Virus record (IMG/VR): IMGVR_UViG_3300036713_000194 | Span: 1 to 24,829 of that record | Length of the DNA: 24,829 nucleotides | Origin: a virus | Taxonomy: Duplodnaviria; Caudoviricetes | Direction: 5' to 3' (one strand) | Shown: positions 1-8,297 of the stretch, one piece after another | Layout: each line of letters starts with the position of its first letter | Numbering within the stretch: the stretch's first letter is position 1 | The notes under the pieces: generated by a model | The model's database searches: none | The model's input: the letters and a program-made list of their open reading frames with translations, nothing else | Told to the model about the DNA's origin: nothing | Position numbers and translations under genes: made by a program

Positions 1-120
1 GTAGAATCGCCAACACTATCTAACGACTTAGGAACACAGGTTTCCACACAAGGTTCCAAGTATTTAAGTAATGATGAGTCTAAGGCTGCTATAGCCAGAA
101 TGCTCAAGTGGGAAGAATAA
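1..120 (+). CDS. 3' end of probable capsid scaffolding protein (partial)
   Basis: Frame 1 is open from the window edge: VESPTLSNDLGTQVSTQGSKYLSNDESKAAIARMLKWEE*. It lies directly upstream of the major capsid gene and ends in a short amphipathic helix, as scaffold proteins do. Function inferred from position. Confidence 0.55.
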   Translation, partial: VESPTLSNDLGTQVSTQGSKYLSNDESKAAIARMLKWEE

Positions 121-154
121 TAACAACAAACTAACTTAAATAAAGGAGTCTAAA

Positions 155-1360
155 ATGTCTTTAGATTTAACTTCATTCGCTTCGGCGCTTAAACAACACT
201 ACACTGATCAAAGAATTGAAAACATGGTTTACAAAGATAATCCTCTTCTAGCTATGTTATCTAAGTACGAAAACTTTGGTGGAGAAAACCTTAAACTTCC
301 AATCAAATTTGGAATTCCTCAAGGTCGATCTGCTACTTTTAGTACTGCTCAATCTAACAAAACTAACTCTCAATACAAAGCTTTCTTACTTACTCGTAAC
401 AAAGATTACTCTCTTGCTTCTATCGATAATGAAACTATCGAAGCTTCTAAAGGAAATGCTAACGCATTCATCGAAGCTGCTACTTCTGAAATCGATGGTG
501 CTATCGAAAGTGCTACTCGTTCACTAGCTATCTCTCTTTACGGATCTGGTTCTGGTTCAATCGGTCAAGTTGCTACTGGTTCAACTGGTACTTCAATCCA
601 ACTTAAAAATGTTGAAGATGTAACTAACTTTGAAGTAGGAATGGAAATTGTAGTTTCTACTGCTGATGGTGGTGGATCTGTAAAATCTGGATCTGTAACT
701 GTTAATGGTGTAAACAGAGACTCTGGTGTTCTAACTGTAGATGCTCAAACTGCTATCGATGGTGGTTCTGGATCTGCTAATGATGACTTCATCTTCGTAG
801 AAGGTGATTATGATCTTAAAATTAAAGGTCTTTTAGCTTGGCTTCCAAACAGTGCTCCTACTAGTGGAGATAACTTTTTTGGCGTTGACCGATCTTCAGA
901 TGCTACTCGTTTAGCTGGTATTCGTTACGACGGATCTGCTCAGCCAATCGAAGAAGCTCTTGTAGATGCTGCTGCTAGAGTTGGTAGAGAAGGTGGAAAG
1001 CCTGAGTACTGCTTCATGAGCTACAGCAAATTTTCTGATTTAGAAAAAGCTTTAGGATCTAAAGTTCAATACATTGATCACAAAGTTGGTGAAATCGGAT
1101 TCAGAGGAATCATGATTCACGGACCTCGTGGACCAATCAGATGTATCCCTGATCAAAACTGCCCAGAAAACAAAGCTTTTATGCTTTCTATGGAGCACTG
1201 GAAACTTTACTCTCTTGGTAAAGCTCCCAAGATCTTAGATTCTGATGGACTTAAAATGTTAAGAGAAACTAATGCGGATGCTGTAGAAGTTCGAGTTGGG
1301 TACTATGCTCAATTAGGATGTAAAGCCCCTGGTTTCAACGCTAACATCACTCTTTCTTAA
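155..1360 (+). CDS. Major capsid protein (HK97-fold type)
   Basis: 401 aa; AAGGAG RBS at 143-148; high-expression codon style (ATC/ATT, GGT, GCT, TCT). N-terminal LKQHY..IENMVYKDNPLLAML and C-terminal VEVRVGYYAQLGCKAPG resemble capsid proteins of uncultured phages. Heads the structural cluster. Confidence 0.85.
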   Translation: MSLDLTSFASALKQHYTDQRIENMVYKDNPLLAMLSKYENFGGENLKLPIKFGIPQGRSATFSTAQSNKTNSQYKAFLLTRNKDYSLASIDNETIEASKGNANAFIEAATSEIDGAIESATRSLAISLYGSGSGSIGQVATGSTGTSIQLKNVEDVTNFEVGMEIVVSTADGGGSVKSGSVTVNGVNRDSGVLTVDAQTAIDGGSGSANDDFIFVEGDYDLKIKGLLAWLPNSAPTSGDNFFGVDRSSDATRLAGIRYDGSAQPIEEALVDAAARVGREGGKPEYCFMSYSKFSDLEKALGSKVQYIDHKVGEIGFRGIMIHGPRGPIRCIPDQNCPENKAFMLSMEHWKLYSLGKAPKILDSDGLKMLRETNADAVEVRVGYYAQLGCKAPGFNANITLS

Positions 1361-1370
1361 TTTTTAATAT

Positions 1371-1402
1371 AAGCTCTTTAGCCTTTATGGGCTAAGGAGC
1401 TT
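1371..1402 (+). terminator. Stem-loop after capsid gene (terminator or mRNA-stabilising hairpin)
   Basis: AAGCTCTTTAGCC-TTTATG-GGCTAAGGAGCTT, 13-bp stem with one G-U pair. No clear downstream U tract. Confidence 0.5.
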
Positions 1403-1414
1403 CTAGGACTAACT

Positions 1415-1612
1415 ATGGAAGACATGAAAAAAAACTTTGCTGCAGCTTTAAAACAAAAGTACTCTAAGTATAAAAAGTCTAAAGCAGCTAGAGATAAAAT
1501 ATCTAGTGAAATGAGAAAAAAACTTAAAAATAAAGAGCATGCTTCTATGAAAGATATGTTTCGAGCTAAGCAAGCAGCACAACTTGAACATAAACAAAAA
1601 CACAAAAAATAA
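1415..1612 (+). CDS. Small, highly basic (Lys-rich) hypothetical protein
   Basis: 65 aa, AGGA RBS, fits the gap between the capsid gene and the next gene. Confidence 0.65.
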   Translation: MEDMKKNFAAALKQKYSKYKKSKAARDKISSEMRKKLKNKEHASMKDMFRAKQAAQLEHKQKHKK

Positions 1613-1654
1613 TCGCAGCCCTCATTGCCGAGGTCTGACTAAAAGGAGATTATC

Positions 1655-1990
1655 ATGGCAAACAGAAGATTTCAAAGACACCAATCATTAGAAAAAGAGA
1701 TGAAAAGCATTCAGCTTGTTATCAGCACTGATGGATCTGGAGACGTAAGCTCAATTGACGGAGCTGGTGTTGCTTCAGTTTCTCACTCAACTAACCAATA
1801 CACAATTACTTTAGAAGATTCTTACAGTAAGTTAATGGGAGTTTCAGTAATCGGTGGAGTTGCAGCTTCATTTCACGTAGACTCTCACGACGTAGTTTCT
1901 GCTAAAACAATCGTAGTAGAAGCATCTGCTACTCAAGCTTCTTCAGACATTTTCGTGGTTGTTGACGTTAAAAACTCTAGTGTAAAATAA
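1655..1990 (+). CDS. Probable high-copy capsid decoration/virion protein
   Basis: 111 aa, beta-rich (S/V/D), AAGGAG RBS, codon style like the capsid gene (no ATA seen). Confidence 0.6.
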   Translation: MANRRFQRHQSLEKEMKSIQLVISTDGSGDVSSIDGAGVASVSHSTNQYTITLEDSYSKLMGVSVIGGVAASFHVDSHDVVSAKTIVVEASATQASSDIFVVVDVKNSSVK

Positions 1991-2002
1991 TAGGAGCCTA
2001 AA

Positions 2003-2278
2003 ATGCCATTGCCAATAGATGAAAAGAAAAAAGGCGCAATACTTTTAAAAATTAGAAAAAAACTTAGTGGCTATAGCGACTATGATTCTATGAAAGAAGA
2101 AGTAATGAAGCCTAAAAAAGTAGAAGATGGAGCAGAAGTTGAGTACAATCAAAATGGCTATGACGTAGCCGCAGAAGAACTAATCAGCTCTATTAAAAGC
2201 GGCGATGCAGGAGCACTTAAAAGCGCACTTAAGTCTTTTATAACACTCTGCATGCTAGAAGAAGAAAAAGAAGACTAA
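2003..2278 (+). CDS. Hypothetical phage protein
   Basis: 91 aa, AGGAG RBS, helical C-terminus AAEELISSIKSGDAGALKSALK. Confidence 0.7.
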   Translation: MPLPIDEKKKGAILLKIRKKLSGYSDYDSMKEEVMKPKKVEDGAEVEYNQNGYDVAAEELISSIKSGDAGALKSALKSFITLCMLEEEKED

Positions 2279-2289
2279 AAAGGATTAAT

Positions 2290-2313
2290 AGCCCCCGAAT
2301 GAGGGGCTTTTTT
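2290..2313 (+). terminator. Rho-independent terminator
   Basis: AGCCCC-CGAATGA-GGGGCT followed by a T run; closes the head gene block. Confidence 0.8.
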
Positions 2314-2327
2314 ACACAGGAGATACC

Positions 2328-3029
2328 ATGTCTATCACACTTGCACAATTAAGAGAAAGATCCAGAGAGCGAGCAGATATGGAAGAAAGTCAATTTGTTG
2401 ACGATACAGAATTAAATTATTACATAAACAGTTCAATCGCAGAATTGCATGATATATTAGTACAATCTTACGGAGAAGACTACTACGTAGAAGAAACAAC
2501 TTTTACTACAGTAGGCGGACAAGAATCATACGAGCTTTCAACTATATTCCCAAATAATGATTTTTACAAACTAAGAGCCTTAGACGCAAAGCTAAACGGA
2601 GACGATTACTTTACACTAAAGCCATTTAACTTTAATGAGCGTAACAGGTTTCAACACTTCGGAGTATGGGACTATATCGGAATTACAAACGTACGATACA
2701 GGCTAGTAGGAAACAAGTTAAGACTTAGCCCAGCACCAGATTCAAATATAGAAGTAAGAGTATGGTACATACCTAAAAGTACAGAACTAGTAGACGACAC
2801 TGATACATTTGACGACATCAACTACTACGCAGAATACGTAATAGTAGATGCAGCTATTAAAATGTTAAATAAAGAAGAGTCAGACGTAAGCGTACTTATG
2901 GCGCAAAAAGCAGACTTAAAAAGACGCATAGAGGAATCATCTAAAAATAGAGATGCAGGAGAACCAGAATCTATATCAGATATTTATATCGAAAATGACG
3001 ACTTTTTCTACGGTCGAACTAGGAGCTAA
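2328..3029 (+). CDS. Head-tail adaptor / connector protein (P22 gp4 / T7 gp11-like role)
   Basis: 233 aa with N-terminal TL.QLR.R.R.RADM...FV.D.EL..YIN and later L.L.P.P....V.VWY and Y.EYVIVDAAIK, the pattern typical of phage adaptor proteins. Located between head genes and the nozzle-like gene. Confidence 0.7.
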   Translation: MSITLAQLRERSRERADMEESQFVDDTELNYYINSSIAELHDILVQSYGEDYYVEETTFTTVGGQESYELSTIFPNNDFYKLRALDAKLNGDDYFTLKPFNFNERNRFQHFGVWDYIGITNVRYRLVGNKLRLSPAPDSNIEVRVWYIPKSTELVDDTDTFDDINYYAEYVIVDAAIKMLNKEESDVSVLMAQKADLKRRIEESSKNRDAGEPESISDIYIENDDFFYGRTRS

Positions 3030-3031
3030 TA

Positions 3032-3361
3032 GTGGCTCGAAATAATAGCGTAAAAGCATTTAAAAAAATAGATGCTAAAGACAGAGAAGTAAAGCAAGTA
3101 CAAGAAAATGTAGAACAATTTGCAAAATACGTTTTAAACTTTACACCATTAGACGGAGTTTTAGTAAAAGATATATGCTTAGAAGCTGGAGTATCTAATG
3201 AAATTAAGCACAAACTAGGACGCAAACCACTCGGATGGTTTATAGTAAGAAAAAGAGCAGACTCTAGAATATGGGATTTACAAGATACAAATCCTCAACC
3301 GACTACGAGTCTAAGTATAGCATGCTCCCATGCAGTACAAGTAGACATTTGGATTTTTTAG
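3032..3361 (+). CDS. Small virion/tail structural protein
   Basis: 109 aa, GTG start with AGGAG RBS. Short N-terminal coiled coil, then HKLGRKPLGW beta domain seen in fibre-associated proteins. Confidence 0.6.
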   Translation: MARNNSVKAFKKIDAKDREVKQVQENVEQFAKYVLNFTPLDGVLVKDICLEAGVSNEIKHKLGRKPLGWFIVRKRADSRIWDLQDTNPQPTTSLSIACSHAVQVDIWIF

Positions 3362-3370
3362 GAGATAATA

Positions 3371-4027
3371 ATGGCGACAACTTTTATGAATTTAGACCTA
3401 CCAACACCTACGGTCACATTAGGACCGGAGTGGGCTACAGACCTAAATACAGCTATAGAAACTATAGACTCACACGATCATACAAGCGGAAAAGGAACTC
3501 AGGTACCTACAGCAGGTCTAAATATAAATGAAAACTTAGACTTTAACTCTAATAAACCATTTAGCCTACTAAGCACTCAATACATTAACAACGGATCAAC
3601 ACTAACAGGAGCCTCAAATGCCTCATCAGTCTACGTATCTAGTGGAGATCTCTATTTTACTAATTCTGGTGGTGTTGCAATTCAGATCACCTCTGGTGGA
3701 GCTCTTGCTTCGACTCCTGGTAATGCTCAACTATTTGAGACGACGAGTGTTGCCGGCGACATCGCTATTAGCGCCTCGGATACCTTTGTTTATCTTATTG
3801 TTGATACTACTTCTCCTCGTGCTATAACCCTACCTTTAGCTAACTCAGTTTCAACAGGTAGAATTTACATAATCAAAGATGCATCTGGACAATCATATAC
3901 AAATAATATAACCGTTAATGTATCAGGATCAGATACTATAGATAATGAATCTTCTCTAATAATAGCTTCAGATAATTCAAGCACCATGATAGTTGGAGAC
4001 GGTTCTTCAGCATGGCACAAATCATAA
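3371..4027 (+). CDS. Tail fibre/spike-associated virion protein
   Basis: 218 aa. N-terminal L.LPTP....P.WA..LN....ID.HDH anchor-type motif. C-terminal ITLP...GRIYIIKD..G....NNITV....DTID domain (T4 gp9/gp10/gp34-like repeat), paralogous to 14390-14722. Confidence 0.7.
   Translation: MATTFMNLDLPTPTVTLGPEWATDLNTAIETIDSHDHTSGKGTQVPTAGLNINENLDFNSNKPFSLLSTQYINNGSTLTGASNASSVYVSSGDLYFTNSGGVAIQITSGGALASTPGNAQLFETTSVAGDIAISASDTFVYLIVDTTSPRAITLPLANSVSTGRIYIIKDASGQSYTNNITVNVSGSDTIDNESSLIIASDNSSTMIVGDGSSAWHKS
3618..3827 (+). CDS. Candidate nested (+1 frame) small membrane protein, possibly holin-like
   Basis: 69 aa; AGGAG at 3607-3611, 6 nt before ATG; two to three hydrophobic segments flanking RRR. 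Host gene codon usage shifts over the same interval. Confidence 0.5.
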   Translation: MPHQSTYLVEISILLILVVLQFRSPLVELLLRLLVMLNYLRRRVLPATSLLAPRIPLFILLLILLLLVL

Positions 4028-4036
4028 GAGGTTAAT

Positions 4037-6994
4037 GTGGCTTTACCAAAAAGACTTATATCCATTCCTTTTCAAGTTGGTATAGATACCAAAATAGATG
4101 AAAAGCAAGAAAATATAGGATACCTAAGACGGTTAGAAAATGCTATCTTTGATACCTTAAAAAAATTAAGAAAAAGAAACGGATACGAATTAATAATTAC
4201 TAAAGATATCAATAATAACTCTATATTAAATGCAAAAACTTTAACTAAATTTAGAGACGAACTTGGATTAATGACAGATAACCAATACTACTCTAGATCA
4301 GAAGCTATTGATAAATGGACAAATAAAGGTAAAATTTTTAGCGCTTTTCCAACTTCTAGCCCAGTAACTAGAGATGATTACAGCAAAAGCAATGTAGATT
4401 TAGTTTCATCAGACAATCTAAATGCATTTACATATGAAGATTCTAGAGGAATTCGGCTAACCATTAAAGACAATCAAAGTGGAAACTTTATCTTATCCGA
4501 TGCTTCTATTAGTGCCACAGGAACTAAGCCTAGAATTACTAATATCCAAAATACTTTATTTATATTCTACATAGATGGAACAGATATTAAATATAAAACT
4601 GTAAATCTAATAGCACCTACAACAATAAGCTCAGAATCTACTGCAGTCTCAGATCTAAATGCTACTGATAAAATATATGACGTTGCTGCTGCAGCAAATA
4701 AAAATATTATAAGCTATAACAACACAGGTGCAGTACTAAGCGTACTATCTGTAGATTTAATAGGAAATATAAGCTCTATCGTAACTGTAGCCGGAGAAAC
4801 TCCTAGCAAAGCTATAGACGTATATACCGACGCTAACGACAGAATACTTATAACCTACTCAAACGGAACAGAAGTAAAAATAAACATAAGAGCTCTAACA
4901 ATAACTGGAGAAATATTAGCAGCTACAGTTATAGAGACAATATCAGATGCAGTAAATGTAACTACCATTCAGCGACCAGATAGCTCAGACTACATAACTT
5001 TTTACGAAATAGAAGCAGCATCAGCTAAAGACACTTACGTAAAATCAAACACAGTAGACGTTGCTGGAACAGTAGGAACGGCATCAGTACTCATTAGAAG
5101 CGTAGGATTAGCCTCAAAAGCATTTTCAACAAATTCTAAGTACTATGTTACTACAGTGCACCAATCAACTTTGCAAAGCACATACTTTGTAGTAGAATCT
5201 GACGGCTGTATCATTAGTAAAATAAGCCCAAGCATCGGAGGCGGATTAACCCCCATGCTACCTAAAGTATCATTACTCGAAGAAAATAAGTTTGTAATAG
5301 GCTCACTCATTAAGGGAAAAACAGTAACTGACGACGGAACTTTCTTTTCCGTACTAGGAATTAACAGCACAGAACTAAACTTTAATATCAGCGATCCATA
5401 CCAAAACGACGAACTAGGAGACAACCTGCACATTACAGGCGGAACTCTTAAAATGTACGACGGTAACGTAGTAGTAGAACACGGCTTTCAATTATTTCCA
5501 GAAGACAAAGTAGATGGAGGAACAGCAACTACTGGCGGATCAATGGAAGATGGAACATACCAGTACAGCGCAGTATACGCCTGGACAGATAATTATGGAC
5601 AAATCCACAGATCAGCTCCATCTATACCTATATCAATTACTCTATCAGGAGGAACAGCTACTCAAACTCAGACAGTTACAGTACCTAGCCTTCGTCTGAC
5701 AGATAAAGAAAATGTAATAATAGAGCTTTACAGAACTGAAGCTGGCGGAACAATTTTCTACAAAGTAACTTCAACAACTAGTCCAACATTTAATGATCCT
5801 ACTGTAAACACTGTAGACGTCACAGATACGGTATCAGATACAGACTTAATAGACAATGAAATTTTATACACTACTGGTGGATTTTTAGACAATATTCCAG
5901 CCCCTTCTAGCCAAATAATAGAAGCACATAATGATCGTATATTTTTAGCAGGACTAGAAGATAGAGATAAAATAGTATTTAGTAAAATAAGAGACGAAAA
6001 TGAGCCGGTTGAGTTTAACGATACTCTATACAAATACGTATCCAACGTAGGTGGCTCTATTACAGCAATGCAGACAATGGACGACAAGCTAATAATATTC
6101 AAGCAGGATGCTATATTTTACATATCTGGAGATGGTCCAAACGATTTAGGCGAACAAGATACTTTTATTGAGCCTGAACAAGTAAGCTCAGAAGTAGGAG
6201 CTATTGATGGAAAATCAGTAGTTTTAACACCACTGGGCACCATGTTCAAATCAAGAAAAGGCATATACCTATTAGACAGAGGACTTTCTTTACAATACAT
6301 CGGAGCAGCAGTAGAAGATTTCAATGACTTAACAGTAACTAGTGCTGCAGTTATATCGGACAAAAACCAAGTCCGGTTTACAACTAGAGAAGGTGAGTGC
6401 TTAGTATACGACTTTTACGTACAACAATGGACCACTTTTGGAAATCATAGAGGAGTAAGTGCAGTAGTGCTAAACGAAGACTACTACTATCTTAGACCAG
6501 ATGCTGTACTATACAAAGAAGACGATGATAAGTTTAATGATCACGGATCTAGTATAGATCTAAGCCTTGAAACAGGATGGATATCTTTTGCACAAGTTCA
6601 AGGATTTCAACGAGTTTACAAATTTTACCTTTTATCTAAGTTTAAAAGCAAGCACAAGCTCCGCATACGAGTAGCTTATAATTTTAATGAAGCTTTTACA
6701 CAAGAAAAAATAATAGATACAGCAGATTTTACAGACGATACTGCATACGGAGAAGACTCGCCTTACGGAAATCCAATAACTAAGGCATATGGTGGGGACG
6801 GAAACGTACATCAAATTAGATTAGATTTAAAAACTCAAAAATGCCAATCAATTAAAATACGCATTGAAGAAATTCAAGACCAAGAAATAGGTGAAGGTCT
6901 TAGTATTTCTAACATGTTATTTGAGGTAGGCGTAAAAGGTCAACGACTAGCAGTCGATAGATCTAATACTTACGGAACATCAAAAGGAGAATAG
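4037..6994 (+). CDS. Tail nozzle / tail tubular protein B-like (podovirus; P22 gp10 / T7 gp12-like role)
   Basis: 985 aa, GTG start, beta-propeller-like composition. Motifs seen in podovirus nozzle proteins: N-terminal ..LENA.F....L.KRNG, H.DRIFLAG....FS, LIIFK..AIFYI.GDGP, FKS.KGIY.L, LVYD....QW..F, plus an Ig-like insert (GTYQY.AVY.W.D..G...RSAPS). Confidence 0.7.
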   Translation: MALPKRLISIPFQVGIDTKIDEKQENIGYLRRLENAIFDTLKKLRKRNGYELIITKDINNNSILNAKTLTKFRDELGLMTDNQYYSRSEAIDKWTNKGKIFSAFPTSSPVTRDDYSKSNVDLVSSDNLNAFTYEDSRGIRLTIKDNQSGNFILSDASISATGTKPRITNIQNTLFIFYIDGTDIKYKTVNLIAPTTISSESTAVSDLNATDKIYDVAAAANKNIISYNNTGAVLSVLSVDLIGNISSIVTVAGETPSKAIDVYTDANDRILITYSNGTEVKINIRALTITGEILAATVIETISDAVNVTTIQRPDSSDYITFYEIEAASAKDTYVKSNTVDVAGTVGTASVLIRSVGLASKAFSTNSKYYVTTVHQSTLQSTYFVVESDGCIISKISPSIGGGLTPMLPKVSLLEENKFVIGSLIKGKTVTDDGTFFSVLGINSTELNFNISDPYQNDELGDNLHITGGTLKMYDGNVVVEHGFQLFPEDKVDGGTATTGGSMEDGTYQYSAVYAWTDNYGQIHRSAPSIPISITLSGGTATQTQTVTVPSLRLTDKENVIIELYRTEAGGTIFYKVTSTTSPTFNDPTVNTVDVTDTVSDTDLIDNEILYTTGGFLDNIPAPSSQIIEAHNDRIFLAGLEDRDKIVFSKIRDENEPVEFNDTLYKYVSNVGGSITAMQTMDDKLIIFKQDAIFYISGDGPNDLGEQDTFIEPEQVSSEVGAIDGKSVVLTPLGTMFKSRKGIYLLDRGLSLQYIGAAVEDFNDLTVTSAAVISDKNQVRFTTREGECLVYDFYVQQWTTFGNHRGVSAVVLNEDYYYLRPDAVLYKEDDDKFNDHGSSIDLSLETGWISFAQVQGFQRVYKFYLLSKFKSKHKLRIRVAYNFNEAFTQEKIIDTADFTDDTAYGEDSPYGNPITKAYGGDGNVHQIRLDLKTQKCQSIKIRIEEIQDQEIGEGLSISNMLFEVGVKGQRLAVDRSNTYGTSKGE

Positions 6995-7007
6995 TGCTAA
7001 AAGTAAC

Positions 7008-7039
7008 TTTACAATTTAATTTTTTTTTAGTATTATAAT
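7008..7039 (+). promoter_or_regulatory. Sigma70-like promoter upstream of ejection protein genes
   Basis: TTTACA (7008-7013), 17 nt, TATTAT (7031-7036), with an overlapping TATAAT at 7034-7039. AGGAG RBS follows. Confidence 0.55.
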
Positions 7040-7055
7040 TATAGGAGAATAAAAA

Positions 7056-8285
7056 ATGGGCAAAGGTAGTTGGACAAACAGAAGATTTAGAGGCTTATAC
7101 GAGCGTGGAATCGAAGGCACTGGAGAAGCTAGGTCTAGAGCCGACGCACTACGTAGACGTGGAGAAACAGAATCTAGAAAAGCTATAGCAGGTCAAGATA
7201 GACTAGCAGGACAACTTGGAGAAGATGTTCAAGCCCGTAGAGGACTTGTAGATCGTTTAGAAGCTCAAAGTCGTGGAGAAGGTCCATCTTTAGCTGAAGC
7301 ACAAATGAGACAATCTCAGGATCGAAGCCTTGCTCAGCAACTTGCAGCAGCAGGTCGTACCAGAGGTTCTGGAGGAGCAGCAGCTCAAAGACAATTAATG
7401 AGAAGTCAACAAGCTGCAGCACGTGACATCGCACAACAATCAGCAGTAACTCGCATGCAAGAACAGCAAGCCGCTCAACAACAACTTGGATCTTTAGCAT
7501 CCCAAAGCCAGCAGCAACTAGGTGCCCAACTAGCCGCTAGACAAGCTTTAGGATCGCAACAAGATCTAGCAGCTCAACAACTTGCCAGGCAAATAAATCA
7601 ACAACAGTTTGAAGCCCAAAGAGCAGCAGTAGCCGGTAGAGGTGCTCATAGCATGGGGCGTAGAGGTGCAGAATTAACTCAAAGAGGTCAAGATATTGGT
7701 CTTATGGGAGCTGGACTTAAGGCAGGAGGAACAGCTTTAGCTGCATTTGCACCCTCTGATAAAAACCAAAAGAAAAATATTAAAGTAGAATCTAAAAATA
7801 ATAATACAAATAAAAAAGATAATGAAAAAGAAGATAAAAAGAAAGAATCTATAAAATCTGCTATATCAGGTCTAGGATCTGGAATAGAAGATGTAGCATC
7901 TACTTCAAAATCTGAAGGAAGAGCTATGATGAGACAGGCACAAGCTCAGTTATCAGACAAAAATAAAAAAGAATCAGTTTCATACTCAGATAAAAATAAA
8001 AAATCAAATAAAGATTCTATGAATTCTAAAGATTTTTTAGATAAGTTAAAAGCGTATAGTTACGAGTATAAAAACCCATCCATACCTGGAGCTGGAGAAG
8101 GTCGTCACTTTTCTGTAATGGCTCAAGATCTTGAAAAAGCAGGAAAAATTGGAAAAAGCATGGTAAAAAATACTGAGTATGGAAAAATGGTAGATTACGG
8201 AAAGGGATTTGGATCAATTCTAGCTGCCCAAGTACAGTTAAATGAAAGACTTAAAGAATTAGAAAAAAAGAAAAAGAAATCTTAA
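7056..8285 (+). CDS. Probable ejection/internal virion protein with C-terminal peptidase S74-like intramolecular chaperone domain
   Basis: 409 aa. Q/A/R-rich helical N-terminal part, Gly-rich hydrophobic segment, then SDKNQKKNI ... FLDKLKAYSYEYK ... VMAQDLEK ... MVDYGK ... QLNERLKELE, matching the S74 pattern (SDxxxK..I, xAQEV, VDY, terminal coiled coil). Confidence 0.7.
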   Translation: MGKGSWTNRRFRGLYERGIEGTGEARSRADALRRRGETESRKAIAGQDRLAGQLGEDVQARRGLVDRLEAQSRGEGPSLAEAQMRQSQDRSLAQQLAAAGRTRGSGGAAAQRQLMRSQQAAARDIAQQSAVTRMQEQQAAQQQLGSLASQSQQQLGAQLAARQALGSQQDLAAQQLARQINQQQFEAQRAAVAGRGAHSMGRRGAELTQRGQDIGLMGAGLKAGGTALAAFAPSDKNQKKNIKVESKNNNTNKKDNEKEDKKKESIKSAISGLGSGIEDVASTSKSEGRAMMRQAQAQLSDKNKKESVSYSDKNKKSNKDSMNSKDFLDKLKAYSYEYKNPSIPGAGEGRHFSVMAQDLEKAGKIGKSMVKNTEYGKMVDYGKGFGSILAAQVQLNERLKELEKKKKKS

Positions 8286-8297
8286 TAGGAGCTTAAA

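Noticed and set aside
276-527. Leu-rich +1-frame ORF inside the capsid gene
   Set aside because: TTG start with no SD. The hydrophobicity follows from T-ending codons used throughout the capsid gene, with no local codon shift, unlike 3618-3827.
1345-1415. T7 10B-style frameshift or readthrough extension of the capsid protein, aided by the downstream hairpin
   Set aside because: All three frames reach a stop within about 35 nt (in-frame TAA at 1370), so no useful extension or fusion results.
3271-3531. 86-aa alternative-frame ORF spanning two genes
   Set aside because: No clear SD; the S/R/Y/N-rich composition is typical of an off-frame shadow.
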